This document shows positions 16,482 through 23,405 of a DNA stretch of 37,597 nucleotides, one piece after another. The notes under the pieces were generated by a model. The model ran no database searches. It saw nothing but the letters and a program-made list of their open reading frames with translations, and was not told the DNA's origin. The stretch comes from Candidatus Limnocylindrales bacterium. Lineage in GTDB: Bacteria; Chloroflexota; Limnocylindria; Limnocylindrales; CSP1-4. A program made the translations under genes and the position numbers. Every line of letters begins with the position of its first letter. The first letter of the stretch is position 1. The DNA lies in the NCBI GenBank assembly GCA_038322255.1, contig JBBQFS010000002.1:1-37597 (forward strand), written 5' to 3'.

Positions 16482-16985
16482 TCAGCCTGCGGCGGCCAGG
16501 ATCTCCCGCAGCTGTGTGGCGTGGCCTTCGGTGTGGCCGACCAGGAATGGTTCCAGCATCTCGCGAACGGTCATCTCGCCGCGAGTCGGGTGGATCCCGC
16601 GTTGCGATGCCTCGTTCTCGTTGAGTTCGCCGAGTCGCTTCGCGACCCGCGCAGCGTCGGCTTCGATCCGCGAGAAGAGCTCGCCGAGGGGGAGGCTCCG
16701 GTCGCGCCCGATGACCCCGATGCGGAGATCGTCCGTCGCGACACGCCCAAATGGCACCGGCGCCCGGCCGTCGCCGGCAAGAACCCGCTCGATCTCGCCC
16801 AGCCAATACCGCAGGTACTCCTCGACATGCGCGAGCAGCTCCGGTGGCCCCCAGCTTGCCTCCGGCTCCGGGCCGTACAGTTCCGCGAGCGGCCATGGCC
16901 CACCTGCCTCGACCTCGCCCCGGAGCGTCAGCATCTGGCTCGCTGCCCTCTCGAGCCGCAGAACCTCACCAGAAAGCGCAGTCAC
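16482..16985 (-). CDS. DinB-family (DinB_2 / MDMPI_N-like) four-helix-bundle protein
   Basis: 3-prime part of ORF 16482..17240. LAHVEEYLRYW, IHPTRGEMTV and LVGHTEGHATQL give the His pattern of DinB-like proteins. Start tentatively GTG 16985 (alternative ATG 16934). The upstream ORF part is a 13-nt repeat array, not coding. Confidence 0.7.
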   Translation of the reverse strand: MTALSGEVLRLERAASQMLTLRGEVEAGGPWPLAELYGPEPEASWGPPELLAHVEEYLRYWLGEIERVLAGDGRAPVPFGRVATDDLRIGVIGRDRSLPLGELFSRIEADAARVAKRLGELNENEASQRGIHPTRGEMTVREMLEPFLVGHTEGHATQLREILAAAG

Positions 16986-17050
16986 CGCCGGAGTGTTGCA
17001 CGCGGGCGCTCGCCGGGCTGTCGCGCCCGCGGCGCCTCGGCTGCGCATTC

Positions 17051-17170
17051 TCTCGTTCGGCCTCGGGTTCGCTCCGGGCTTTTCTCCCAGGCTTTCGATC
17101 CGGGCTTTCGCCCCATCGTTTCGCGCCATCCGTTTCGCGCCCTCGGTCTCCCGTCCTTCGTTTCGAGCCC
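17051..17170. repeat. Degenerate tandem array, about 9 units of 12-15 nt (13-nt period), core (G/C)(G/T)TTTCG
   Basis: Plus-strand units: tctcgttcggcc / tcgggttcgctc / cgggcttttctcc / caggctttcgatc / cgggctttcgcccc / atcgtttcgcgcc / atccgtttcgcgcc / ctcggtctcccgtc / cttcgtttcgagccc. T-rich cores start at about 17055, 17067, 17080, 17093, 17106, 17119, 17133 and 17161. Intergenic and lower in GC than the surroundings. Confidence 0.7.
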
Positions 17171-17295
17171 AACTTGATGCACCCTCGTTGTCGCGCTCTC
17201 GCCAAGCACGACCACGTACCTCAACTGCGCTGCAGCCCAAATCGAATTTGCTTCCACGTAAGCGAAACCATCGACTTCAGGGGCCGATTCGATTT

Positions 17296-17614
17296 TCAAC
17301 GTCGACCCGATTCGTCGACCTGCGATCGGGGTAACCCAGGGAGTTCCACGCCGGCCAGCCAGGCCGTGATGGGACCGAGCATTCGGGCATTCACCACGTA
17401 CACGCGCCCTCGGTCGTCGAGTCGCGACCAGGTCGAGCGGATGAGTCCGGCCTCGCGCATCAGCCGGAGGTGGTGGGTCGTCGCCGGCCGGCTTTCGACC
17501 GATTGCAGCTGCGATCGCCGAAGAGCGCATCCCCCGAACGGCGAGCATCGACATGATCCGCCGTCGGTTCGGGTCGACCAGAAGCTCGATGCCACGGCCT
17601 CGTCGTGCAGGCAT
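17296..17614 (-). pseudogene. ArsR/SmtB-family transcriptional regulator with an apparent +1 frameshift
   Basis: The N-terminal half (MPARRGRGIELLVDPNRRRIMSMLAVRGMRSSAIAAAIG) is in the frame of ORF 16982..17857. The recognition helix and wing (SRPATTHHLRLMREAGLIRSTWSRLDDRGRVYVVNARMLGPITAWLAG) are in the frame of ORF 17296..17733. Junction within 17491-17503 (cggctttcgaccg). Total length 319 nt, i.e. 3n+1. Confidence 0.7.
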
Positions 17615-17920
17615 GGCCACAGGATGCGACCGGTCGCTTGGCGCGTGGTTACCCGCGAATTGACGGTTTCGCTTATTTGGAACGATTTCCGATTTGGCGC
17701 TACGGGCGAAGGACCTTCGCCGCCGTGCGGCACCTGCGGCCTTCGGCACGGGCGAAACCTCCGCTGGTCGGCCGCGCCGGGTGGGCGACAGCCGGCGGAA
17801 CCGTTTGTCCTGCTGCAACGAGGGCGGGACTATCATGCGAGCAACTCGTCGCTCCAATTCAGCGGCGACGGCTCGCGCGACTCGTGCGCCGTCATCGCGT
17901 CACCAGGGGAGCTGCGTTCG

Positions 17921-19147
17921 ATGACTGAGACGATCACCCGGGGCGCCCCCAGGCAGGCCGGCGCCAACGCCGACAAAGGCGCCGCCAATGCCAACAAGGG
18001 CGCCATCAACCAGGCCGGCGCGCACGTCAACAAAGATGCGTACGCTGAGGCCAAGGATTTCCTGCCGCTCAACGGTGTGGACCATGTCGAGTTCTGGGTG
18101 GGCAACGCGCGCCAGGCAGCCCACTACTACCGGGCCCTGTGGGGCTTCACGCCGATCGCCTACGCCGGGCTCGAGACCGGAATCCGCGATCGGACGAGCT
18201 ATGTCCTGCGCCAGAACGACATCACGCTCGTCGTCACCGGAGCGCTGAATCCCGATACCGAGATCGCCGCGCACGTGAACCGTCATGGCGACGGTGTCAA
18301 GGACATCGCCTTCAATGTTGACGACGCCGCCAGCTCGTGGCGCGAGACAACCAGCCGCGGCGCCAAGTCCGCGATCGAGCCGGTCGAGCTCGATGGCGGT
18401 GAGGATGGAACTCTGCGACGCAGCGCCATTGGAACCTACGGCGACGTCCGGCACTCGTTCATCGACCGTCGCGACTATCACGGCGTCTTCGCGCCCGGCT
18501 ATCGAAAGATCAAGAAGCCGGCCGCGGCAGCCGGAGGCCTCTCGCTGCTCGAGATCGATCACTGCGTCGGCAACGTCGAGCTCGGCGATATGAACAAGTT
18601 CGTCGACTACTACCGCGACGTCTTCGGCTTCGCCCAGCTCATCCACTACGACGACAAGGTCATCCACACCGAGTACTCGGCACTCATGTCGAAGGTCATG
18701 ACCAACGGCAACGGCCGGATCAAGTTCCCGATCAACGAGCCTGCATCGGGCAAGAAGAAAAGCCAGATCCAGGAGTTCCTCGACTACTACCTGGACAACG
18801 GCACCCAGCACATCGCGCTCCGGACCGAGGACATCGTGACGACGGTTCGGCGGCTTCGCGAGAACGGGATCGAGTTCCTCGGCATGCCGCACGCCTACTA
18901 CGAGAATCTCGCCGACCGCGTCGGCGACGTCGGCGTCCCGATCGAAACGCTCGAGGAGCTCGGGATCGAGGCCGACCGGGACGAGGAGGGCTACCTCCTG
19001 CAGATCTTCACCCGCCCGATCCAGGATCGCCCGACGTTCTTCTTCGAGATCATCGAGCGCCACGGCTCGCGGGGCTTCGGCGTCGGCAACTTCAAGGCCC
19101 TGTTCGAGGCAATCGAGATCGAGCAGGCTCGGCGGGGCAACTTGTAG
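17921..19147 (+). CDS. hppD: 4-hydroxyphenylpyruvate dioxygenase
   Basis: 3-prime part of the 798-aa ORF 16751..19147. Start placed at ATG 17921 (MTETITRG), with AGGGGAG upstream. VDHVEFWVGNARQAAHYY, IDHCVGNVE, GTQHIALRT, FFFEIIERHGSRGFGVGNFKALFEAIE are hallmark HppD motifs. Confidence 0.95.
   Translation: MTETITRGAPRQAGANADKGAANANKGAINQAGAHVNKDAYAEAKDFLPLNGVDHVEFWVGNARQAAHYYRALWGFTPIAYAGLETGIRDRTSYVLRQNDITLVVTGALNPDTEIAAHVNRHGDGVKDIAFNVDDAASSWRETTSRGAKSAIEPVELDGGEDGTLRRSAIGTYGDVRHSFIDRRDYHGVFAPGYRKIKKPAAAAGGLSLLEIDHCVGNVELGDMNKFVDYYRDVFGFAQLIHYDDKVIHTEYSALMSKVMTNGNGRIKFPINEPASGKKKSQIQEFLDYYLDNGTQHIALRTEDIVTTVRRLRENGIEFLGMPHAYYENLADRVGDVGVPIETLEELGIEADRDEEGYLLQIFTRPIQDRPTFFFEIIERHGSRGFGVGNFKALFEAIEIEQARRGNL
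17960..18043 (+). repeat. Four degenerate 21-nt (heptad) repeats encoding the N-terminal extension of HppD
   Basis: GANADKG / AANANKG / AINQAGA / HVNKDAY, from ggcgccaacgccgacaaaggc gccgccaatgccaacaagggc gccatcaaccaggccggcgcg cacgtcaacaaagatgcgtac. Confidence 0.6.
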
Positions 19148-19162
19148 CGAGGGGATCGGAAG

Positions 19163-19597
19163 ATGGCGTCCCAGCTGTCGAAGGGCTCGAAGGTCGACCT
19201 GCTCAAGTCCGTGTCGTTGTTCTCGGGCATGGGCAGACGCGAGCTCGAGGCGGTCGCCCGGCTCATGGACGACGTGGAGGTTCCTGCCGGCAAGGTCCTG
19301 ATGCAGCAGGGCGAGACCGGTCAGGAGATGTTCGTGATCGTCTCGGGGCGTGTCTCGGTCGAGCGGAACGGCACGAAGATCACTGAGCGCGGCCCCGGTT
19401 CGGCGCTGGGCGAGATTTCGCTCCTCTCGGAAGGGCCACGCACGGCAACGGTCACGGCCCTCGAGCGGTCGACGCTGCTGTACGCGGGCCATCGCGAATT
19501 CCATTCGCTGATGGATCAGCATCCATCGGTTCGGCTGTGCATTCTCGACGGGCTCGCCGCCAAGATCCGCTTGCTCGACGAGGCAAGCGTCCACTAG
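19163..19597 (+). CDS. Stand-alone cyclic-nucleotide-binding (CAP/Crp effector) domain protein
   Basis: 144-aa ORF 15 nt after the hppD stop. LFSGMGRRELEAVA..., GETGQEMFVIVSGRV, GSALGEISLLSEGPRTATVTA is the cNMP-binding cassette. There is no DNA-binding HTH. Confidence 0.85.
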   Translation: MASQLSKGSKVDLLKSVSLFSGMGRRELEAVARLMDDVEVPAGKVLMQQGETGQEMFVIVSGRVSVERNGTKITERGPGSALGEISLLSEGPRTATVTALERSTLLYAGHREFHSLMDQHPSVRLCILDGLAAKIRLLDEASVH

Positions 19598-19712
19598 GCC
19601 GACGGCATCCGAGGAGGGTGCTTTCGCGGCGCCCAGGAGTCGCGCGGCTCACGTGGCTCCCAGGACGCCACCTGGCAAGTAGACCAGCGATCCGGGACCA
19701 GAGGAGGGAAGC

Positions 19713-20087
19713 GTGCTCACGCGCTTGCATGGCGCCGTGGCCTGGCTGTTCGTCGCGACGATCGTGGTCCAGGTGTTCCTGGTGGGCGCCGCGATTCCTC
19801 AGCTCGGTGGCTCCAACGATTTCAGTCCCCATCGGGACTTCGGCTACTCGATCGTCGGCCTTGCCGCCCTCGCGATCGTGGTCACCGCGGTCGTCGCCCG
19901 CGCCGGCCGGCGGGCCATTGGGATCAGCCTGGCGATGCTCGTGCTGTACGTTGTCCAGACGTCACTGCCCTACGCCAAGGCGTCGATCCCGTTCATCGCC
20001 GCGCTGCATCCGGTCAACGCCCTGGTGCTGTTCGCGCTCGCTGTCTGGTACGCGCGGCGAGCGTGGCGCGCGTCAGCTGTCGCCTGA
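19713..20087 (+). CDS. Small four-TM membrane protein of unknown function
   Basis: 124-aa ORF, GTG start preceded by GAGGAGGGAAGC. Four hydrophobic helices, conserved-looking LHPVNALVLFALAVW. Confidence 0.6.
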   Translation: MLTRLHGAVAWLFVATIVVQVFLVGAAIPQLGGSNDFSPHRDFGYSIVGLAALAIVVTAVVARAGRRAIGISLAMLVLYVVQTSLPYAKASIPFIAALHPVNALVLFALAVWYARRAWRASAVA

Positions 20088-20110
20088 TCGTCTGAAGGGA
20101 GGAGGAACGC

Positions 20111-20617
20111 TTGATGGATCTCACCCCCTACATTCCCTGGATCGTGTTCCTGCACGTGGCTGGCGCCTTCGTCTTCGTCGCGGGCCACGGCGTTTCCATG
20201 TTCGTTGCCTTCCAGCTCCGCAAGGAGCGGGACCGCGCGCGGCTCGGCGCACTCCTCGACCTCTCCGGCTGGTCCCTCGGGGTCGCCGGAATTGGCCTTC
20301 TCGTGCTGTTCATGTCGGGAATCCTGGCGGGAATCATCCTCGGCTCGTTCGGGAGCTGGTGGATCTGGGTGTCGCTGGTCCTCCTGGTAGTGATCGCGGG
20401 GCTCATGACGCCCGTCGGCGGCAGCTACTTCACGCGCATCCGGGTGGCGCTCGGGCAGCGCACACGCGGGCTGAAGGCTGCTGATCCCGATCCGGTGCCG
20501 CTAGGCGACGCGGAGCTTGCGGGGCTGCTGGTGTCGCGAGCCCCGGAGGCCCTGCTCCTCCTCGGCGCCGGGGGCTTCCTCGTAATTTTGTACCTGATGA
20601 TGTTCCGGCCGTTCTGA
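20111..20617 (+). CDS. Integral membrane protein (DUF2269-like, unconfirmed)
   Basis: 168-aa ORF, GGGAGGAGG upstream. TTG 20111 or ATG 20114 start. Four or five TM helices. Confidence 0.65.
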   Translation: MMDLTPYIPWIVFLHVAGAFVFVAGHGVSMFVAFQLRKERDRARLGALLDLSGWSLGVAGIGLLVLFMSGILAGIILGSFGSWWIWVSLVLLVVIAGLMTPVGGSYFTRIRVALGQRTRGLKAADPDPVPLGDAELAGLLVSRAPEALLLLGAGGFLVILYLMMFRPF

Positions 20618-20645
20618 GCCCGCGGCCCGTCTGCCGCACGGCCAC

Positions 20646-21503
20646 CTAGCGGGCCGGAGTCAACAGTCGAAAGAGCTGCCGCTGCCCGGTAAGGCCCTTG
20701 AGCTCGTGCATGCCCGCGTCCTCGAAGACGAGGTCGGAACCCTCGACGAGGTCCATGACCGTCGCGGACACGAGGATCTCGCCCGGCCCGGCGGCGCTCA
20801 TGATCCGCGCCGCCGTGTGGACGGCGATTCCACGGATGTCGTCGACCCCGACCTGCACCTCACCGCTGTGGATCGCCGCGCGAATTTCGAGACCGAGCTC
20901 AGACGCAACGTCCCGCAATGCAGCACCCGCTTCAACTGCGCGCTCCGGGCTGTCGAAGGCGGCGATGACGCCGTCGCCGGTGGTCTTCACGAGTCGGCCG
21001 CGGCGGCGTTCGATTGCCGTCTGCGCCTTGCGATTGTGCTCGGCGATGATGTCGAGCCAACGGCTCGCCCCGAGCTCGCCGGCCCGGCGCGTGGAATCGA
21101 CGATGTCAGTCATCACGATCGAGGCGAGCGTGCGCTCCGCGAGCGTGTCGCTCTTCTTGCCATACGTCCGCATCGCCTCGAAGTCGATCGATACCCACGG
21201 CTCATCTCCGATGACCCACGCGTCATGGCCGGGCGGGATCTCGAACACCTCGTTCGGGCCGATCTCCAGCTCCGTACCGTCCGGCATCTGTACACGGAGT
21301 CGACCCGACACCGTGTAGCCCAGGTGGTGGTACTGGCACGCCTCGGTGCCCGCGATCGGCTGGACGTCGATCGACCAACGCCAGCCGGGTTCGTGGGTCA
21401 TCCTGCCGATGACGTGGTCGTCCATCTCCACGATGTCGATCCGCCCGTGCGGAAACAGGCGCACCTCTGCCGCCTCGCTGAAACGACGTCGCTGGAGTCG
21501 CAC
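20646..21503 (-). CDS. Class III adenylate/guanylate cyclase with N-terminal cupin-like domain
   Basis: 285-aa ORF, GTG start with AGGAGGGA upstream. C-terminal LASIVMTDIVDSTRRAGELG...LVKTTGDGVIAAF...IRAAIHSGEV...GIAVHTAARI is the CYTH-unrelated class III cyclase catalytic pattern. The N-terminal ~120 aa is beta-rich (cupin-like). Confidence 0.85.
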   Translation of the reverse strand: MRLQRRRFSEAAEVRLFPHGRIDIVEMDDHVIGRMTHEPGWRWSIDVQPIAGTEACQYHHLGYTVSGRLRVQMPDGTELEIGPNEVFEIPPGHDAWVIGDEPWVSIDFEAMRTYGKKSDTLAERTLASIVMTDIVDSTRRAGELGASRWLDIIAEHNRKAQTAIERRRGRLVKTTGDGVIAAFDSPERAVEAGAALRDVASELGLEIRAAIHSGEVQVGVDDIRGIAVHTAARIMSAAGPGEILVSATVMDLVEGSDLVFEDAGMHELKGLTGQRQLFRLLTPAR

Positions 21504-21547
21504 GGTCTGGGATCCCTCCTGGTCGTGTGCGCCGATCGTGCCATACC

Positions 21548-21553
21548 TAGACT
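21548..21553 (+). promoter_or_regulatory. Candidate -10 box (TAGACT) exactly 6 nt upstream of the fahA ATG (leaderless geometry)
   Basis: ccTAGACTcaggtcATG; no Shine-Dalgarno sequence. Confidence 0.4.
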
Positions 21554-21559
21554 CAGGTC

Positions 21560-22615
21560 ATGCGCGTCGCCCACGTTCGCGAACGACATGCCGCCGCCGG
21601 CGCGCCCTGGCGGCTCGCCGCCGCGGCGCCGGGAGCCGATTCCTGGCTGGACCTGGAGGTGGCGCGCCGCCGCCTCGTCGCGGCCGACCCACGGCGCGCC
21701 CACAACTCGATCCTCTTCCGGCAGCCGATCACGACGCTGGATGAGCTCCTCGGGCGAGGGCTGCGAATCGAGGCGTTGCGCGAGATCGTGGAGGGTTTTG
21801 CCGCCGCAGGTGGCGCCCACGACGACGACGATGCCGTCCTGGGAGCGGCGAATCTCGCCTTCGGGCCGCCCGTGCTGCGGCCCCCGTCCTTCCGCGACTT
21901 CTATGCCTTCGAGCAGCACGTCGCGACGATGTGGGGCCGACGCGGCAGCGAGATCCCCGAGGCCTGGTTCCGCCTGCCGATCTTCTACTTCTCGAACACC
22001 TCCGAGGTCCGTGGGCCTGGCGACCCGGTCTGGGCACCGCGTGGCAGTTCCGAGCTCGATTTCGAACTGGAGCTCGGGGCGATCGTCGACACCCCGGCGT
22101 ACAACCTGTCCGAGGAGCGCGCGGCAGAGGCGATCGGCGGTTACTGCATCGTCAACGACTGGTCGGCGCGAGACCTCCAGCGTGACGAATCCACCGTCCG
22201 GCTCGGGCCGGCGAAGGGCAAGGACTTCGCGCTGACCATCGGACCCTGGATCACGACGCCCGACGAGCTTGTCGACCTCTGGGCACCCGGGGCGACCGCT
22301 CCGGATCTCGTGGCCACCGCGACCGTCACCAGCGCGGACGGTCGAACGACCGAGGTGTCTCGGGCATCGCTCGCGACCGCCCGCTACTCGTGGGGCCAGA
22401 TGCTGGCCCGGGCTTCGGCGGACGTCCACATCCGCCCGGGCGAGATCCTCGGCAGCGGGACCGTCGGGACCGGGTGCCTGCTGGAGGTCAAGGACACGAC
22501 CCTGCGCCGCTGGATCGAGCCAGGAGATGTCGTCACCCTCGCCATCGAGCGGCTCGGCGAGCTCCGAACGCCGATCGTAGCCCGCTCCAGCGCGAACGAT
22601 TTGCCCCGCAGATGA
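21560..22615 (+). CDS. fahA: Fumarylacetoacetase-like hydrolase (FAH family)
   Basis: 351-aa ORF. DFYAFEQHV, PIFYFSN, ELDFELELG, GYCIVNDWSARDLQ and LGPAKGKDFA parallel the motifs of true fumarylacetoacetases. Confidence 0.85.
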   Translation: MRVAHVRERHAAAGAPWRLAAAAPGADSWLDLEVARRRLVAADPRRAHNSILFRQPITTLDELLGRGLRIEALREIVEGFAAAGGAHDDDDAVLGAANLAFGPPVLRPPSFRDFYAFEQHVATMWGRRGSEIPEAWFRLPIFYFSNTSEVRGPGDPVWAPRGSSELDFELELGAIVDTPAYNLSEERAAEAIGGYCIVNDWSARDLQRDESTVRLGPAKGKDFALTIGPWITTPDELVDLWAPGATAPDLVATATVTSADGRTTEVSRASLATARYSWGQMLARASADVHIRPGEILGSGTVGTGCLLEVKDTTLRRWIEPGDVVTLAIERLGELRTPIVARSSANDLPRR

Positions 22616-23088
22616 CCGCTCCAGTCACCAGCAAACCCTCGACCCTCCTGGCGCCGCGCCTGCCCGCGGGCATCGATACGCCGGCGGTCGTCATCGACCT
22701 CGATGTTGTGGAGCGGAACGCCCATCGGCTCGGGACCGCCCTGGCGGAGCGTGGGATCGCCCTGCGGCCGCACGCCAAGACCCACAAGAGCATCGCCCTC
22801 GCCCGCCTGCAGCTGGCCGCGGGCGCCCGGGGGATCACCGTCGGCAACCTCGGCGAGGCCGAGGTCTTCGCGGCAGGCGGCCTGGATGCCGTCATCGAGC
22901 GTGTCTCCGACTACCACGGCGTGGTGCGAATCCCGCCGGGCACGCCGAAGCCGCGCGTGGGCGAGGCGCTCGCCGTCATCCCGAACCACGTCTGCCCCGT
23001 CATCGACCTCAGCGATTCGTTCATCGCGACGCGGGCCGGCGTCGTGGTCGGCACCTGGCCTGTCGACGCGCGCGGCCGCAGCGGCTGA
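22612..23088 (+). CDS. Internally deleted D-threonine aldolase / D-serine dehydratase-like (D-TA family, alanine racemase N-domain) remnant, ORF intact
   Basis: Part of ORF 22390..23088. ATG 22612 overlaps the fahA stop (ATGA). The N-terminal ~85 aa (IDTPAVVIDLDVVERNAHRL...LRPHAKTHKSIALARLQLAAGARGITV...AEVFAAGGLDAVI) joins directly to the family C-terminus (DYHGVVRIPPG...LAVIPNHVCPVIDLSD...WPVDARGRS). Only 158 aa, versus about 370 for the family as I recall it. Confidence 0.65.
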   Translation: MTAPVTSKPSTLLAPRLPAGIDTPAVVIDLDVVERNAHRLGTALAERGIALRPHAKTHKSIALARLQLAAGARGITVGNLGEAEVFAAGGLDAVIERVSDYHGVVRIPPGTPKPRVGEALAVIPNHVCPVIDLSDSFIATRAGVVVGTWPVDARGRSG

Positions 23089-23128
23089 CGCAATCGCCTG
23101 AACGTTTCGAGGACTTCGGCCAGTCATA

Positions 23129-23332
23129 GTGGTCGTGATGGTGCAGCTGTCTGATCCAAAGACCGGAGGCTCGGCCGGGACGTATGTCGTACGTGACAAT
23201 ACCTACACCGCAACCACGTTGGCTGGCGAGACCTTCTCGTGGCCGTTCACCGTTACGGCAACGACGCTGACGTTTGGTGAGGGCGGGCCGGTGACGCTGC
23301 GCGTGAAGCCCTGGACGCGCATCGGCCCCTGA
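23129..23332 (+). CDS. Small hypothetical protein (possible lipocalin-like fragment)
   Basis: 67-aa ORF in a lower-GC patch. Beta-rich sequence GTYVVRDNTYTATTLAGETFSWPFTVTATTLTFGEGGPVTLRVKPWTRI. CATAGT lies 7 nt upstream of an internal ATG at 23138. Weak support. Confidence 0.35.
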   Translation: MVVMVQLSDPKTGGSAGTYVVRDNTYTATTLAGETFSWPFTVTATTLTFGEGGPVTLRVKPWTRIGP

Positions 23333-23368
23333 TTTTCGGGCGACCGGCGTCCGCAATCGGCCGCGCCT

Positions 23369-23401
23369 AGACTGGCCTCCGCAGAGCGCGGAGGCCAGTC
23401 T
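23369..23401. promoter_or_regulatory. Perfect 14-bp inverted repeat with 5-nt loop, covering the hmgA Shine-Dalgarno sequence and overlapping a TAGACT box
   Basis: AGACTGGCCTCCGC agagc GCGGAGGCCAGTCT (23369-23382 / 23388-23401). GGAGG at 23390-23394 lies in the right arm, the ATG is at 23406, and TAGACT is at 23368-23373. Confidence 0.6.
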
Positions 23402-23405
23402 CGTC

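Noticed and set aside
17051-17170. The 13-nt repeat array as a CRISPR array
   Set aside because: The units are about 13 nt and directly abutting, with no unique spacers. They are degenerate and there are no cas genes, so this is not CRISPR-like.
17831-17836. TATCAT boxes upstream of hppD (17831-17836) and of the Pro-rich gene (35723-35728) as promoters
   Set aside because: They are plausible -10 hexamers, but there is no supporting -35 and no fixed geometry to a start codon. The evidence is too weak to list as features.
16751-17920. N-terminal 390-aa extension of the hppD ORF 16751..19147, and the 564-aa antisense ORF 17900..19594
   Set aside because: The extension crosses the repeat array, the ArsR gene (antisense) and an intergenic region with a Pro/Arg/Ser-rich translation. 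The HppD homology starts after ATG 17921. The antisense ORF is a shadow of hppD.
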